A stretch of DNA of 64,000 nucleotides from the NCBI GenBank assembly GCA_947478805.1, contig CANJXQ010000005.1:6346-70345 (forward strand). The letters are read 5' to 3'. The translations under genes and the position numbers were made by a program. Under the pieces are notes generated by a model. The model saw only the letters and a list, made by a program, of their open reading frames with translations, did not search any database and was not told the origin of the DNA. The DNA is from Betaproteobacteria bacterium (GTDB taxonomy: Bacteria > Pseudomonadota > Gammaproteobacteria > Burkholderiales > SG8-39). Of this stretch, positions 1 to 9,638 are shown in pieces; position 1 is the first letter of the stretch, and the number at the start of each line of letters is the position of its first letter.

Positions 1-995
1 TGACCTTTCTCGGCGGGGGCGAACGCGGCGGGTTGGTGGATCTCGACATTGGACCCGTCGAGCGCGCCCGGAATGCCGGGGCGCACGCTTGCCAGATCTC
101 CCGTCCCCGTGATGACGGTCTGCCCCGCGACCGACATGACGTAATCAACATAGACCTGTGCCGCATTCGGCCGCTTCGACCATCCAAGAATGTTGTCGCC
201 AACGGCGAATCCATAAGCCGGACTGGGGATGACCATCTTGACCGGCGCACCCTGCTTAATCAGCGGTAGCACCGGGCTTGCAACCGCGAAGACGAGGGCC
301 GCAACCTCCCCGGACGCAACTGCCTGTGCCCCCGTCACGACGCCGTAGAAACGCGGCTGCTGCGCCGCGAACCGGGCGTTGAAGTTGGGCCCATATGTGC
401 TTTCGAGCCACACGTACCAGCCCAACTGGGGAATCGCTTCGATATCCGTTGTCGCAATGCGGCCCTTCAGCTCAGGCTTGAGAATGTCCCGATACCCGCT
501 GATCGGGTCTTTCACCAGATTGGTGTTGTAGGCGATGACGGCAATATCCAGGCGGCTGATCGGGATCGCGCCGCCCAGCAGCGACTTGGCAGGCCACGTG
601 CTTACCGACGGACCGACGGGTTGACGAATCGCGCCTTCCTTCAGGCGATCCATGTAGTACACGAGATCTGCTGACCCGGCCACATCAGCGCCTTCCGTGC
701 CGGTCTGGCGCTCCTGTTCGAGCTTGCTGATCAGAGCCGATCCGATAATCCGGCTGTGCTCAAGGACGATCCCTGGGTACGCGCTTTCGAAGGCCGTCTT
801 GACGCGCCCCATGGTGGCTTGCGACGCGCTTCCATAGAAAACAACCTTTCCTTCCTTGCGCGCGGCTGCCACGATCTTCTGCCATTCGGCCGGCGAAACG
901 GGTTCGGCCCCGGCTTGTTCCGTCATAAGGAACAAGGCTGCGGAAGCCAGCACGGTGCTTGCACACAGGCTTAACGAGATCAATCGCTTCAACAT
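1..995 (-). CDS. ABC-type periplasmic solute-binding protein (family-1 SBP, Fe3+/polyamine-like); C-terminus cut by window edge
   Basis: Not in the ORF track because it runs off the left edge. My minus-strand translation from the ATG at 995..993 reads MLKRLISLSLCASTVLASAAALFLMTEQAGAEPVSPAEWQKIVAAARKEGKVVFYGS... This is a signal peptide followed by an SBP-like N-terminus, and the frame stays open to position 1. Confidence 0.65.
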   Translation of the reverse strand, partial: MLKRLISLSLCASTVLASAALFLMTEQAGAEPVSPAEWQKIVAAARKEGKVVFYGSASQATMGRVKTAFESAYPGIVLEHSRIIGSALISKLEQERQTGTEGADVAGSADLVYYMDRLKEGAIRQPVGPSVSTWPAKSLLGGAIPISRLDIAVIAYNTNLVKDPISGYRDILKPELKGRIATTDIEAIPQLGWYVWLESTYGPNFNARFAAQQPRFYGVVTGAQAVASGEVAALVFAVASPVLPLIKQGAPVKMVIPSPAYGFAVGDNILGWSKRPNAAQVYVDYVMSVAGQTVITGTGDLASVRPGIPGALDGSNVEIHQPAAFAPAEKG

Positions 996-1018
996 GGCTC
1001 TCCCCCCTCAGGTGGGCG

Positions 1019-1510
1019 TTACTTCTGGACGGCGGTCGTGGTCGCTTGTTCCGTCACAGATGCACTCGTGTCCGTCCATCCTTCGGGCGGATCACAGGCA
1101 ACCGTTCCCATTTCCGCCGGAAGAGACATTTCGATGACTTCGATGTCCGCGCTGGCCGATATATCGTTGTGTTTCAGCCCTCCAGGGATGAAGACCATGT
1201 CCCCCTCCTTTGCGCGAACGCGCTTCCCGTTCTCGAACTCCAGATCGGCGAACCCTTTTAGGATGTAGACAATCTGGGCATGGCAAAGGTGGTAGTGCCA
1301 TCCGGTCGGCGGGGTCGGCCGCATGCCCGTTTGCTGGGTGGGGCGTTCTTTGCTGCTGATGATTTGTGCGCGCATCCAACCACCACTGGCTGCAGCAAGG
1401 CCCATATCCCGATATTCGGAATAGTCGCGGCGTCCCGGTAATACTGTCGCCGTGTCCCTGCTGACATGAGACCAGGTCATTTTCCTGGCTTGTTCAAACA
1501 CATCGGTCAT
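1019..1510 (-). CDS. cupin domain protein
   Basis: ORF 1019..1603 trimmed to the Met at 1510 (MTDVFEQARK...). Both cupin motifs are visible: GWHYHLCHAQIVYILKG and GDMVFIPGGLKHN. Confidence 0.6.
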   Translation of the reverse strand: MTDVFEQARKMTWSHVSRDTATVLPGRRDYSEYRDMGLAAASGGWMRAQIISSKERPTQQTGMRPTPPTGWHYHLCHAQIVYILKGFADLEFENGKRVRAKEGDMVFIPGGLKHNDISASADIEVIEMSLPAEMGTVACDPPEGWTDTSASVTEQATTTAVQK

Positions 1511-1849
1511 GATCGCTCCTCGTCGTCTCGATGCATCACTGCTGATAGGACTTGTTCGCTTGTCCGTGTTGCCAATCAGAAAATCCCGGGGCCAGAATAT
1601 CATTTCCCATAACAGACCGCGGAAATGCGGCCGGCATTGGTCAGGGTGTCCCGCGTTACTAGAGAATGACCGCCGCTCTTCCGATCCCCTCGCCCCGCAC
1701 CACCCGCTCCTGCCTGTGCGATGCCTGGTCTTGTCGCATCTGGCTTGGTACTGATGTAGTCTTCCCGTCAGGAAGCGAGCCTGAGTAAAGGGGTCGAGCG
1801 ACGTCGTGCTCGACGACGCACGCTTGCTTTAATTCTGTGGAGAGACAAC

Positions 1850-2638
1850 GTGACGGACAATGCGTCAACATCGAACAAGCTGAAGGGGAAAGTGGCCATC
1901 GTGAGTGCGGCCGCCGGTGCTGGCATCGGTCAGGCGGTGGCGGCGCGCTTCGGACATGAAGGCGCGACCGTGGTCATTACGGACTCGCATGAGCGCCGTG
2001 TCGGTGAAGCGGCGGCGCGCTTGTCACGGGACCTCGGGCGCGAGGTGCAGGCTTTCAAGGTGGATGTGCGCGAGAACGCCGATATCGTTAAGTGCGTCGA
2101 AGCGACGATGATGGCCCACGGGAAGATCGACATCCTGTTCAACAATGCAGGCATCAACAAGATCGGGCCGTTCTGGGAACTGAGCGACGAAGAATGGCAG
2201 AAGATTCTCGACGTGAATCTGTCGGGCACGTTCCGCTTCTCGCGTGCAGTCGCGCCGCACATGATCGACAGGAAGTCGGGTGTGATCATTAATGTTTCCT
2301 CGATTGCGGGCTGGATGTCCAACGTGGGACGGGGTGGCCAGGCGGCCTACGCCGCGGTCAAGGCCGGCGTCATGGGGTTCACGCGGGCGACGGCGACCGA
2401 TCTTGGCCCCTACGGCATCCGGGTGAATGCCATCGCGCCGGGGCTGGTGTACAACGAATTCCTCGAAAAACTGCACGACAAGCCGTGGTTCGAGGAAAAG
2501 CGCAAGGAGACCGTGCTGGGGCGCATGGGGAAGGTGGAGGACATCACTGCCGCCGCCGTGTACCTGGCCAGTGACGACAGCAGTTTCATCACCGGTGAAG
2601 TGCTCAACGTCAGCGGTGGCTGGTACATGCACGCGTAG
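1850..2638 (+). CDS. SDR family oxidoreductase
   Basis: 262 aa with a GTG start. Gly-rich NAD(P) site AAAGAGIGQA, NNAG motif, and catalytic YAAVK (YxxxK). Confidence 0.85.
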   Translation: MTDNASTSNKLKGKVAIVSAAAGAGIGQAVAARFGHEGATVVITDSHERRVGEAAARLSRDLGREVQAFKVDVRENADIVKCVEATMMAHGKIDILFNNAGINKIGPFWELSDEEWQKILDVNLSGTFRFSRAVAPHMIDRKSGVIINVSSIAGWMSNVGRGGQAAYAAVKAGVMGFTRATATDLGPYGIRVNAIAPGLVYNEFLEKLHDKPWFEEKRKETVLGRMGKVEDITAAAVYLASDDSSFITGEVLNVSGGWYMHA

Positions 2639-2669
2639 CGCGCGCGATCAGCAATTTAGTTAGGCGCTC

Positions 2670-3728
2670 TTATTCAGGTTTGATGCCAGCCTGCTGCACG
2701 ACAGCGCCCCATTTCTTGATCTCGGCTTCGATGAACTGGGTGAATTGCTCGGGTGTATTGCCAACCGGATCGACACCCTGATTGATCAGGCGGTCGCGTA
2801 CGTCCGGCGACTGGACGACGCGCGCGATTTCCTGCGACCACTTCTGCACGATGTCCCGCGGGGTTTTGGCGGGCGCAAGCACGCCGGTCCACGAATAGGC
2901 CTCGAATCCAGGCAGCCCGGATTCGGCGACGGTCGGCAGGTCGGGTGCCAGCGGGCTGCGCTTGGCGCCTGCAACGGCGAGACCCTTGACCCGCCCGCCC
3001 TTGATCTGTGGGAGCGCATTGAGGAGGCTGTCGAAGCCGAGCGTTGTTTCTCCGGCAAGGATGCTGGTCATCGCGGGGCCGCTCCCCTTGTACGCGACAT
3101 TCATGATTTCAGTTCCTGCCACCGAATTGAAGAGGGCTGCGGCGAGGTGCGTACTGGTGCCGACCCCCGCAGTGGCGGCGTTCAGCTTTCCCGGCTGCTT
3201 CTTGGCCAGTTGAATGAGTTCCGCCACGGAGTTCACGGGAACCTGCGCGTTGACGACCAGCAGCAGGTTGGTGATGCCGATGAGGCTTATCGGCGAAAAA
3301 TCCTTCACCGAGTCGTAGGGGAGCTTGTACATCCACGGATTGACGGCATGGTTGAGCACCGCGATGGTGACGATATGGCCGTCCGGTGCGGACCTGGCGA
3401 CGAATTCGGTTGCCACAATCCCGCCGGCCCCGGGACGGTTTTCCACGAGCACCGGCTTGCCCCAGGCTTCGCCCAGTTTTTGCGATAGCAGGCGCGCGAT
3501 GGGATCGACCGCGCCGCCTGGCGGGAACGGCAGGATCAGGCGCACGGGCTGGCTGGGAAATGATTGCGCTGTCAGTGCGGATGATGACGATTGCGAATGG
3601 GCGGCACCCGTCATCGAGGCTGCCAGCGCGACCCCGCAAAATCCCGTGATCAGCCTTTTCTTCAGGAGTTCGGTGCCCCAGTGGCTCGCAATGGAGTTTC
3701 GGTGCGCGTTGCGCGTTTGATTCATCAT
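2670..3728 (-). CDS. Bug-family (TctC-like) tripartite tricarboxylate transporter substrate-binding protein
   Basis: ORF 2670..3911 trimmed to MMNQTRN at 3728, which is preceded by GGAGAGAG. It has a signal peptide and Bug hallmarks: FPPGGAVD, VENRPGAGG and YKGSGPA. Confidence 0.85.
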   Translation of the reverse strand: MMNQTRNAHRNSIASHWGTELLKKRLITGFCGVALAASMTGAAHSQSSSSALTAQSFPSQPVRLILPFPPGGAVDPIARLLSQKLGEAWGKPVLVENRPGAGGIVATEFVARSAPDGHIVTIAVLNHAVNPWMYKLPYDSVKDFSPISLIGITNLLLVVNAQVPVNSVAELIQLAKKQPGKLNAATAGVGTSTHLAAALFNSVAGTEIMNVAYKGSGPAMTSILAGETTLGFDSLLNALPQIKGGRVKGLAVAGAKRSPLAPDLPTVAESGLPGFEAYSWTGVLAPAKTPRDIVQKWSQEIARVVQSPDVRDRLINQGVDPVGNTPEQFTQFIEAEIKKWGAVVQQAGIKPE

Positions 3729-3849
3729 TTCTCTCTCCTGGTTCACGTCGTTGTGTTGAGTCCTGATGCCGGCAATGGGGCGGCCAGATTTCGCGTAGCG
3801 CATTGCGAGGCCAAGGGTGGCAGAACCTGCCCCATGCGTCGCATTGACT

Positions 3850-5550
3850 TTATGGCGCCGCAAGCGAGCCCCGCAGCAGCTTGCCCGGCAGGGCACCGGT
3901 ATGTTCCCCATTCAAGAGCAGCACTTGTCCGGAGACGATCGTTGCGAGTATTCCCCGGCACTTCTGGGTCAGACGCAGGCCATTGCCCGGCAGGTCTCTC
4001 CTGACCTCCGGAAGCGCGGGCAATATGCTTGCCGGGTCGAAGATGTTCAGGTCGGCGACCATGCCCACCCGAACCAGGCCGCGATCGTGAAATCCCCAGG
4101 CGCGGGCGGGGGCCAGCGTGATCATTCGAACGCCTTCTTCGAGGCTGAACAAGCCGCGCTCGCGCACCCAGTAGGCGAGCAGCGTCGTGGGGATGGACGA
4201 ATCCATGATCTGGCTGACATGCGCGCCGGAGTCGGAGAAGGTCACCACCGTCTGCGGATGGCGCAGGATGGTCTCCACGTGCGCCAAGTCGAGATTGGAC
4301 ACCGGTTGCTGGAAGAACTGGTTGAAATCCGTCTCGAGGGCGAGTTCGATCATCACCTCGACCGGATCCATGCCGCGCGAGGCGGCGATGCTGGCGACCG
4401 TGGGGTTCATGTTCGGCAGCGCGGTGTGGATGGCGCAGAGCCGTTCGTAATCCGGCGGGCGCGATTCGGCGCCATACCCTTTCGGGTAGGGGCCATGTCG
4501 GGCCGCTTGCACCAGTCGCGCGCGCACCTCGCGATCGGCCAGCGCTTTTCGTTGTTCGTCCAGCGGCAGCGCGCGCACCGGCTTCCATTCATCCAGCATG
4601 TCGAAGGGCAATCGGGTGCGGAACGACAGCAGGATGGAGATGTCGCGGGCATGCGACTGGCCGAACATGCGACCCCCCGCGGCTGCGGTGGCGTCCAGCA
4701 AGTCCAGGCGCAACTTCCAGCCGCCCGGATTCTCGGGTGCGCTGATCAAGCCGAAGGTGACCGGGATGCCGCTATCTACGGCGAGCGTCTTCAGACGGTC
4801 CAGATTGCGCAGTTGATGCTCGGGTTCGTAGCCTCGGAAGTCTTCGGCCAGCTCGAAGAGACCACCACCCATGCGACCCATGGTGCCGACCAATCGTTCG
4901 ACTTCCGACCACTCGGCGATGCGCGAGGCCACCGGCCGGTTGTCCATCATGAGGTGATGGCCGCGTGAAGTGGTGAAGCCGATGGCACCGGCCTTCAGGG
5001 CGTCGGACAGCTCCGATTGCATGAGCGCAAGGTCGTCCTCGGTTGCGGGCTGGTCGAAGGCGCGCTCGCCCATGGCCCAGGTGCGCAGGGCGGAGTGACC
5101 GATATTCGCCGCGTAATTGATGCCGCGCGGCAGGCGTTCGAGCGCCTCCAGGTAGGAACGGAACCGGTCCCAGGTCCAGTCGATGCCCGCATCGATGGTC
5201 GCGGCCTTGATGTCTTCAGCGCGCTCGAGGCTGCTGATGACGAACCGGCGCTGATCCCGCCTTGCGGGCGCCAGCGTGAAGCCGCAGTTCCCCATGACCA
5301 CCGAGGTGACGCCATGCCAGCAGCTGCTGGTTCCCAGCGGGTCCCAGAACACCTGGGCATCCATGTGCGTGTGGCCGTCGATGAATCCGGGGCTGATGAC
5401 CCGTCCACTGGCATCGATCTCGCGATGACCCCGCTCGTTGATCCGCCCGATCTTCGCGATGCGTTCACCGGCAATGGCGACATCGGCGCGGTAGCGCGGC
5501 AGGCCGGTGCCATCGACGACGGTGCCGTTGCGGATGATCAGATCGAACAA
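3850..5550 (-). CDS. N-acyl-D-amino-acid deacylase (D-aminoacylase) family amidohydrolase
   Basis: 566 aa. N-terminus MFDLIIRNGTVVDGTG...ISPGFIDGHTHMD, then NCGFTLAP, as in D-aminoacylase/amidohydrolase-3 proteins. Confidence 0.85.
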   Translation of the reverse strand: MFDLIIRNGTVVDGTGLPRYRADVAIAGERIAKIGRINERGHREIDASGRVISPGFIDGHTHMDAQVFWDPLGTSSCWHGVTSVVMGNCGFTLAPARRDQRRFVISSLERAEDIKAATIDAGIDWTWDRFRSYLEALERLPRGINYAANIGHSALRTWAMGERAFDQPATEDDLALMQSELSDALKAGAIGFTTSRGHHLMMDNRPVASRIAEWSEVERLVGTMGRMGGGLFELAEDFRGYEPEHQLRNLDRLKTLAVDSGIPVTFGLISAPENPGGWKLRLDLLDATAAAGGRMFGQSHARDISILLSFRTRLPFDMLDEWKPVRALPLDEQRKALADREVRARLVQAARHGPYPKGYGAESRPPDYERLCAIHTALPNMNPTVASIAASRGMDPVEVMIELALETDFNQFFQQPVSNLDLAHVETILRHPQTVVTFSDSGAHVSQIMDSSIPTTLLAYWVRERGLFSLEEGVRMITLAPARAWGFHDRGLVRVGMVADLNIFDPASILPALPEVRRDLPGNGLRLTQKCRGILATIVSGQVLLLNGEHTGALPGKLLRGSLAAP

Positions 5551-5591
5551 AGAGGGCTCATTCCAATGATGGGATCGACGTGCTCACGAAT

Positions 5592-6410
5592 CTAGCGCAG
5601 CGCCGCGCCGCCATCGACCAGGATGTCGATGCCGGTGATGTAGCGCGCCTCCTCCGAGGCAAGAAAACGCACCGCGTTGCCGATGTCCCAGCCCGTGCCC
5701 TCGATGCCTAGCAGCGTGCCCTTGAGCCGGCGCTCGCGCTCGGCTGCCTGACGCTTGTCACGTTCGGCATCGGTCTCCGGCGTGTTGTGCTTGTTGGCGA
5801 GGCCCATGGGCGTGGCCACCATGCCGGGGAGGATGCAGTTGGCGCGGATGCCGTCGGCACCATGGTCGACCGCAAGGCTCCTTGTGAAGGCGATGATGGC
5901 GCCTTTGGAGGTGGCGTAGGCGTTGTTGCCGGCACTCGGATAGATGCCGCCGAAGCTGCTGATGTTGATGATGGAGCCGCCGCCGGATTTCTTCATCTCG
6001 GGGACGGCGTACTTGCACATCAGCATCATGCTCTGCACGTTGACGGTGAACACGCGCATCCATTCCTCGGGGGGGAGGTCAACCACCGAGGTGCGGATTT
6101 TCGCGCTTACCCCCACATTGTTGACCAGGATGTCGAGCCGTCCGCCAAGGAGGTTCACGGCCTGCTTCACGGCGACGCGGCAGTCCTCGGGCTTGGTGAC
6201 GTCGATGGGAGCTCCCACTGCTCCCGAGCCCTTCTCCGCGGCGATCATGTTGAGGGTTTCCTGCGCTGCCGCCGGGTTCTGGTCCACCACCAGCACCTTG
6301 GCGCCGCTTCGCGCAAGGAGGATCGCCGCTGCGCGGCCATTGCCGATGCCGGGGGCGCTCGAGCCCGCGCCAGTCACCAGGGCTGTCTTGCCTTTGAGTC
6401 GGTCATCCAT
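5592..6410 (-). CDS. SDR family oxidoreductase
   Basis: 272 aa with TGAGSSAPGIGNG, NNVG and YATSK motifs. Confidence 0.85.
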   Translation of the reverse strand: MDDRLKGKTALVTGAGSSAPGIGNGRAAAILLARSGAKVLVVDQNPAAAQETLNMIAAEKGSGAVGAPIDVTKPEDCRVAVKQAVNLLGGRLDILVNNVGVSAKIRTSVVDLPPEEWMRVFTVNVQSMMLMCKYAVPEMKKSGGGSIINISSFGGIYPSAGNNAYATSKGAIIAFTRSLAVDHGADGIRANCILPGMVATPMGLANKHNTPETDAERDKRQAAERERRLKGTLLGIEGTGWDIGNAVRFLASEEARYITGIDILVDGGAALR

Positions 6411-6549
6411 TCTCTGTTCCGTAACGATTGGGTATGGGGAATTGTAGGCCGAAAGCCGCGTATCGATTCCGCCGTACTGGTGCCATGGCCTGGCTCACAA
6501 AGCGCCGTATCATCCAAAATTGGAAAAATGCCCTGAGGAGGAAGTCACA

Positions 6550-7521
6550 ATGACCAATAACGGCGGCGCACCCGAGAGTTCCATCGCGCTCATCCGCGCT
6601 ACCGGCAAGCGCCTCAGCAACTGGGGGCGGTGGGGGGAGGACGACGAGCGCGGCACGCTGAACTACATCACGCCGGATGCGATCCGTCATGCCACCACGC
6701 TGGTGAAGACCGGCGCCACGGTGCGCCTCGGGCTCAACTACGACGCCAATGGACCGCAGATCCCGAGCCCCAGCGGGCGCTTCAATCCGATCCACGTCAT
6801 GACCCGGCATGCGGGGGACGCGGAGCTTTGCGAGCATCCGGCACCCATGGAATTCGGCTATGCCGATGACATTGTCACCATGCCGCTCCAGTGCAGCACG
6901 CAGTGGGATGGCCTCGCGCACATCTACTACGACAAACAGATGTACAACGGCTACAGCACCAATCAGGTGTTGGGTGGCGGTGCCATGAAGAATGGCATCG
7001 AGCTGCTGTGCGACGGCGTGGTAGGGCGCGGCGTGCTGCTGGATGTGGCGAAGTTCAAGGGCATGGGCGTATTGCCGAGCGGCTACGCCATTTCCGCGGC
7101 GGAGCTCGCGGCCTGCGCGAAGGCGCAGAACATCGACATGCGCCAGGGCGACATCGTGCTGGTGCGCACGGGCACGATGAGCTCCCTGCTCAAGGGCGAC
7201 AAGAACACCTACATGGATCCTGTCGCCAACCCGGGGCTCGCCTTCGACACCCTCGACTGGATCTACGACAACAAGGTCGCGGCGCTCGCCTGCGACAACT
7301 ACGCGGTCGAAGTGCGCCCGAGCGGCGTGCCGGGAATTCGCTTGCCGTTTCATCATGTGGCGATCCGCGACATGGGCTTGTTGCTGGGCGAAATCTTCAA
7401 TTTCGAGGACATTGCCCGCGCCTGCGCCGCAGATGGTCGCTACGAATTCATGTTCGTGGGCTCACCGCTGCCGATCACCGGCGCAGTCGGATCTCCCCTC
7501 AATCCGCTGGCCCTGCGCTGA
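6550..7521 (+). CDS. cyclase family protein (kynurenine-formamidase-like fold)
   Basis: ORF 6520..7521 trimmed to the ATG at 6550, which follows GAGGAGG. Contains WGRWGEDDERGTLN and the STQWDGLAHI block typical of putative cyclases. Confidence 0.7.
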   Translation: MTNNGGAPESSIALIRATGKRLSNWGRWGEDDERGTLNYITPDAIRHATTLVKTGATVRLGLNYDANGPQIPSPSGRFNPIHVMTRHAGDAELCEHPAPMEFGYADDIVTMPLQCSTQWDGLAHIYYDKQMYNGYSTNQVLGGGAMKNGIELLCDGVVGRGVLLDVAKFKGMGVLPSGYAISAAELAACAKAQNIDMRQGDIVLVRTGTMSSLLKGDKNTYMDPVANPGLAFDTLDWIYDNKVAALACDNYAVEVRPSGVPGIRLPFHHVAIRDMGLLLGEIFNFEDIARACAADGRYEFMFVGSPLPITGAVGSPLNPLALR

Positions 7522-7557
7522 CGGTCCCGGGGAGCTGCGCCGGGAACACGCTCCTTC

Positions 7558-8463
7558 TCAGGAAGACGGGCTTCTGCCGATCCACTCCGGCTTGCCCTTG
7601 ACAACGACGCGGCGCAATACGCGCCGGTGGGCGCCCAGGTCGAAATTCTGGATGGCGCGGTGTATCAGGCAGCGGTTGTCCCAGAACACCAGGTCTCCCT
7701 GGCGCCATTTGTGCGTGTGGATGAATTGGGGCTGGGTGGCGTGATCGGTGAGGGTCTTGAGCAGGGCCTGTCCCTCGTCGAGCGGCATGTCGAGGATGCG
7801 CGAGCAATACATCCCGATATACAGGCTCTTCTCGCCCGTGTCCGGGTGCACCCGGATGAGCGGGTGAATGACGGGGGGCGACTTGAGCCTTTCTTCTTCT
7901 GTCGGCGGGCGCCCGGTGATGGTCTCGCGCATGTAGCCCCAGCTGTGCTCGACGCGCAGCCCATCGATTTTCGCCTTCGTGCCTGCGTCGAGTGCCGCAT
8001 AGGCGCGCGTCAGGTCTGCAAATTCGGTGTCGCCACCTTCGGGCGGGACTTCCACGGCGCAGAGCATGGTGAGCAGCGAAGGGACGGCCTCGTGCGCCTT
8101 GTCCGAGTGCCAGAAATAGTTCTCGTAGACTGCGGGTTTTCTCGACGGCTTGCCCTCGGCATCGAGGTTGGTGATGCCGTGCACCACCGAGAAGACATTG
8201 CCGGTGGCATCGCGGTTCTTGTGGCTCTCGATGTGGCCGAACCGGCTGGCGAATTCATAGATGTGCTGGTCGGTCATCTGCTGACCGCGTATGAAAAGCA
8301 GATGGTGGCGCGTGAACGCATCGAGAACGTCGGGCATCTGCTGGGAGACGTCGGTCGATGCATCGATGCCGCGCAGTTCCGCGCCCAACGGCGGCCCGCA
8401 GGCAATGACCTCCATATGTGGAGTCCTGGCAGATGCGGTAGCTGCCCCTGGATTTGCGCTCAT
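7558..8463 (-). CDS. TauD/TfdA family Fe(II)/2-oxoglutarate dioxygenase
   Basis: ORF 7558..8505 trimmed to the ATG at 8463 (GGAGGAAAGACC upstream). Contains the WHSD (HxD) motif, DTEFAD, and the C-terminal WDNRCLIHRA block. Confidence 0.8.
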   Translation of the reverse strand: MSANPGAATASARTPHMEVIACGPPLGAELRGIDASTDVSQQMPDVLDAFTRHHLLFIRGQQMTDQHIYEFASRFGHIESHKNRDATGNVFSVVHGITNLDAEGKPSRKPAVYENYFWHSDKAHEAVPSLLTMLCAVEVPPEGGDTEFADLTRAYAALDAGTKAKIDGLRVEHSWGYMRETITGRPPTEEERLKSPPVIHPLIRVHPDTGEKSLYIGMYCSRILDMPLDEGQALLKTLTDHATQPQFIHTHKWRQGDLVFWDNRCLIHRAIQNFDLGAHRRVLRRVVVKGKPEWIGRSPSS

Positions 8464-8512
8464 GGTCTTTCCTCCGATACCGGTCTGGAAGCATTTAGAT
8501 CTCATTTCACAA

Positions 8513-8576
8513 TTGAGGGGATACTCCCCTCAAGCTCCCCTACATCAGGGGCCATTTCGGTAATTCTGAAATGGCC
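8513..8576. promoter_or_regulatory. two perfect 9-bp inverted repeats in a divergent promoter region
   Basis: TTGAGGGGA-tac-TCCCCTCAA at 8513-8533 and GGCCATTTC-ggtaattct-GAAATGGCC at 8550-8576. They lie between the divergent starts at 8463 (-) and 8727 (+). Function unknown. Confidence 0.3.
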
Positions 8577-8726
8577 TCTTAGTCTTGTCCGAGAATACCG
8601 CCCCAGCCTTCTTTTGACAGATTAATATGGCCTCTGGGGTGGGACAAGCGCTTTCTGTCGGGACTCGTGGTGATTCGAATCGCGACGATGAATGCAATCG
8701 ACGGAATGGTTCAGGGAGAGCGAACA

Positions 8727-9638
8727 ATGATTGTCGGCTTTGTGGGATTGGGAGCGATGGGGGGCGCCATTGCATCGAGGTTGGTCGCGGGAGGCCAGCG
8801 CATGGTGGTGCACGACAAGTCGCCGGAACGCGCGAAGGTGTTCGAGGGCAAGGCGCAGATCGCCGACTCGTCGCGCGCGGTGGCCGATGCGGCCGATGTG
8901 GTATTCACGTGTCTCACGTCCCCGCAGACCTACGAGGAGGCCGTATTCGGCCCGCAGGGCATCATCGGCGGTTCGAAGATCAGGACCTACATCCACGCTG
9001 GCACCAGCGAGTCCTCGCTGCTCGAGCGTCTGGAGACGGCGTTCGCTGCCCGGGGTGTCGATGCGCTGGATGCGCCGGTGACGGGAGGCGTTGCACGGGG
9101 CGTGAATGGCACGCTGACGGTCATGGTTGCCGGCAAGCGCAAGGTGTTCGACGACATGATGCCGCTGTTCCGTAACTACGGCACCAAGGTGGTCCATGTG
9201 AGTGACCGGGTCGGTGCCGCGCAGCGACTCAAGCACGTCAACAGCATGCTCTCGGCCGCCAATCTCGCCATTGCCTGCGAGGCACTGCTGGTGGCCCACA
9301 AGGCGGGGCTTTCGCTGGAAGCGACGCTGGATGTGCTCAACAACGGCACGGGGCAGAGCATTGCCACGCTGGACAAGATCCCGAAGCAGGTGTTTACGCG
9401 CGCGTTCAACCACGGCGGAGCCATCGAGCTCATGATCAAGGACATCCGCGCGTTCATCGGCGCGGCGCATGATTTCGATGTCCCGGCGCCGATGTGCGAG
9501 GCGGTGGTGAGCGCATTCGTGAAAGCGGCGGACGAGCTGGGGGGCAACGTTGACGTCACCGCCGTCATGCGCTCGATCGAACGGGCTGCCGGATTCGAGC
9601 TGCCTGTGGTGGGACCCGGCGCGACTACTCCGGCTTGA
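8727..9638 (+). CDS. NAD(P)-dependent oxidoreductase, 3-hydroxyisobutyrate dehydrogenase family
   Basis: ORF 8667..9638 trimmed to MIVGFVGLGAMGGAIASRL, the Rossmann GxGxxG at the N-terminus. Confidence 0.8.
   Translation: MIVGFVGLGAMGGAIASRLVAGGQRMVVHDKSPERAKVFEGKAQIADSSRAVADAADVVFTCLTSPQTYEEAVFGPQGIIGGSKIRTYIHAGTSESSLLERLETAFAARGVDALDAPVTGGVARGVNGTLTVMVAGKRKVFDDMMPLFRNYGTKVVHVSDRVGAAQRLKHVNSMLSAANLAIACEALLVAHKAGLSLEATLDVLNNGTGQSIATLDKIPKQVFTRAFNHGGAIELMIKDIRAFIGAAHDFDVPAPMCEAVVSAFVKAADELGGNVDVTAVMRSIERAAGFELPVVGPGATTPA

Noticed and set aside
3817-4968. 383-aa ORF antisense to the D-aminoacylase gene. Similar long antisense or alternative-frame ORFs are at 6403-7356, 35425-36750, 46122-47018, 47445-48260, 57223-58200 and 60365-61648.
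   Set aside because: All of them lie fully inside genes with strong family signatures on the other strand. They are Arg/Gly/His/Pro-rich with no recognisable motifs. This is the usual stop-codon-poor shadow-frame artefact of high-GC DNA.
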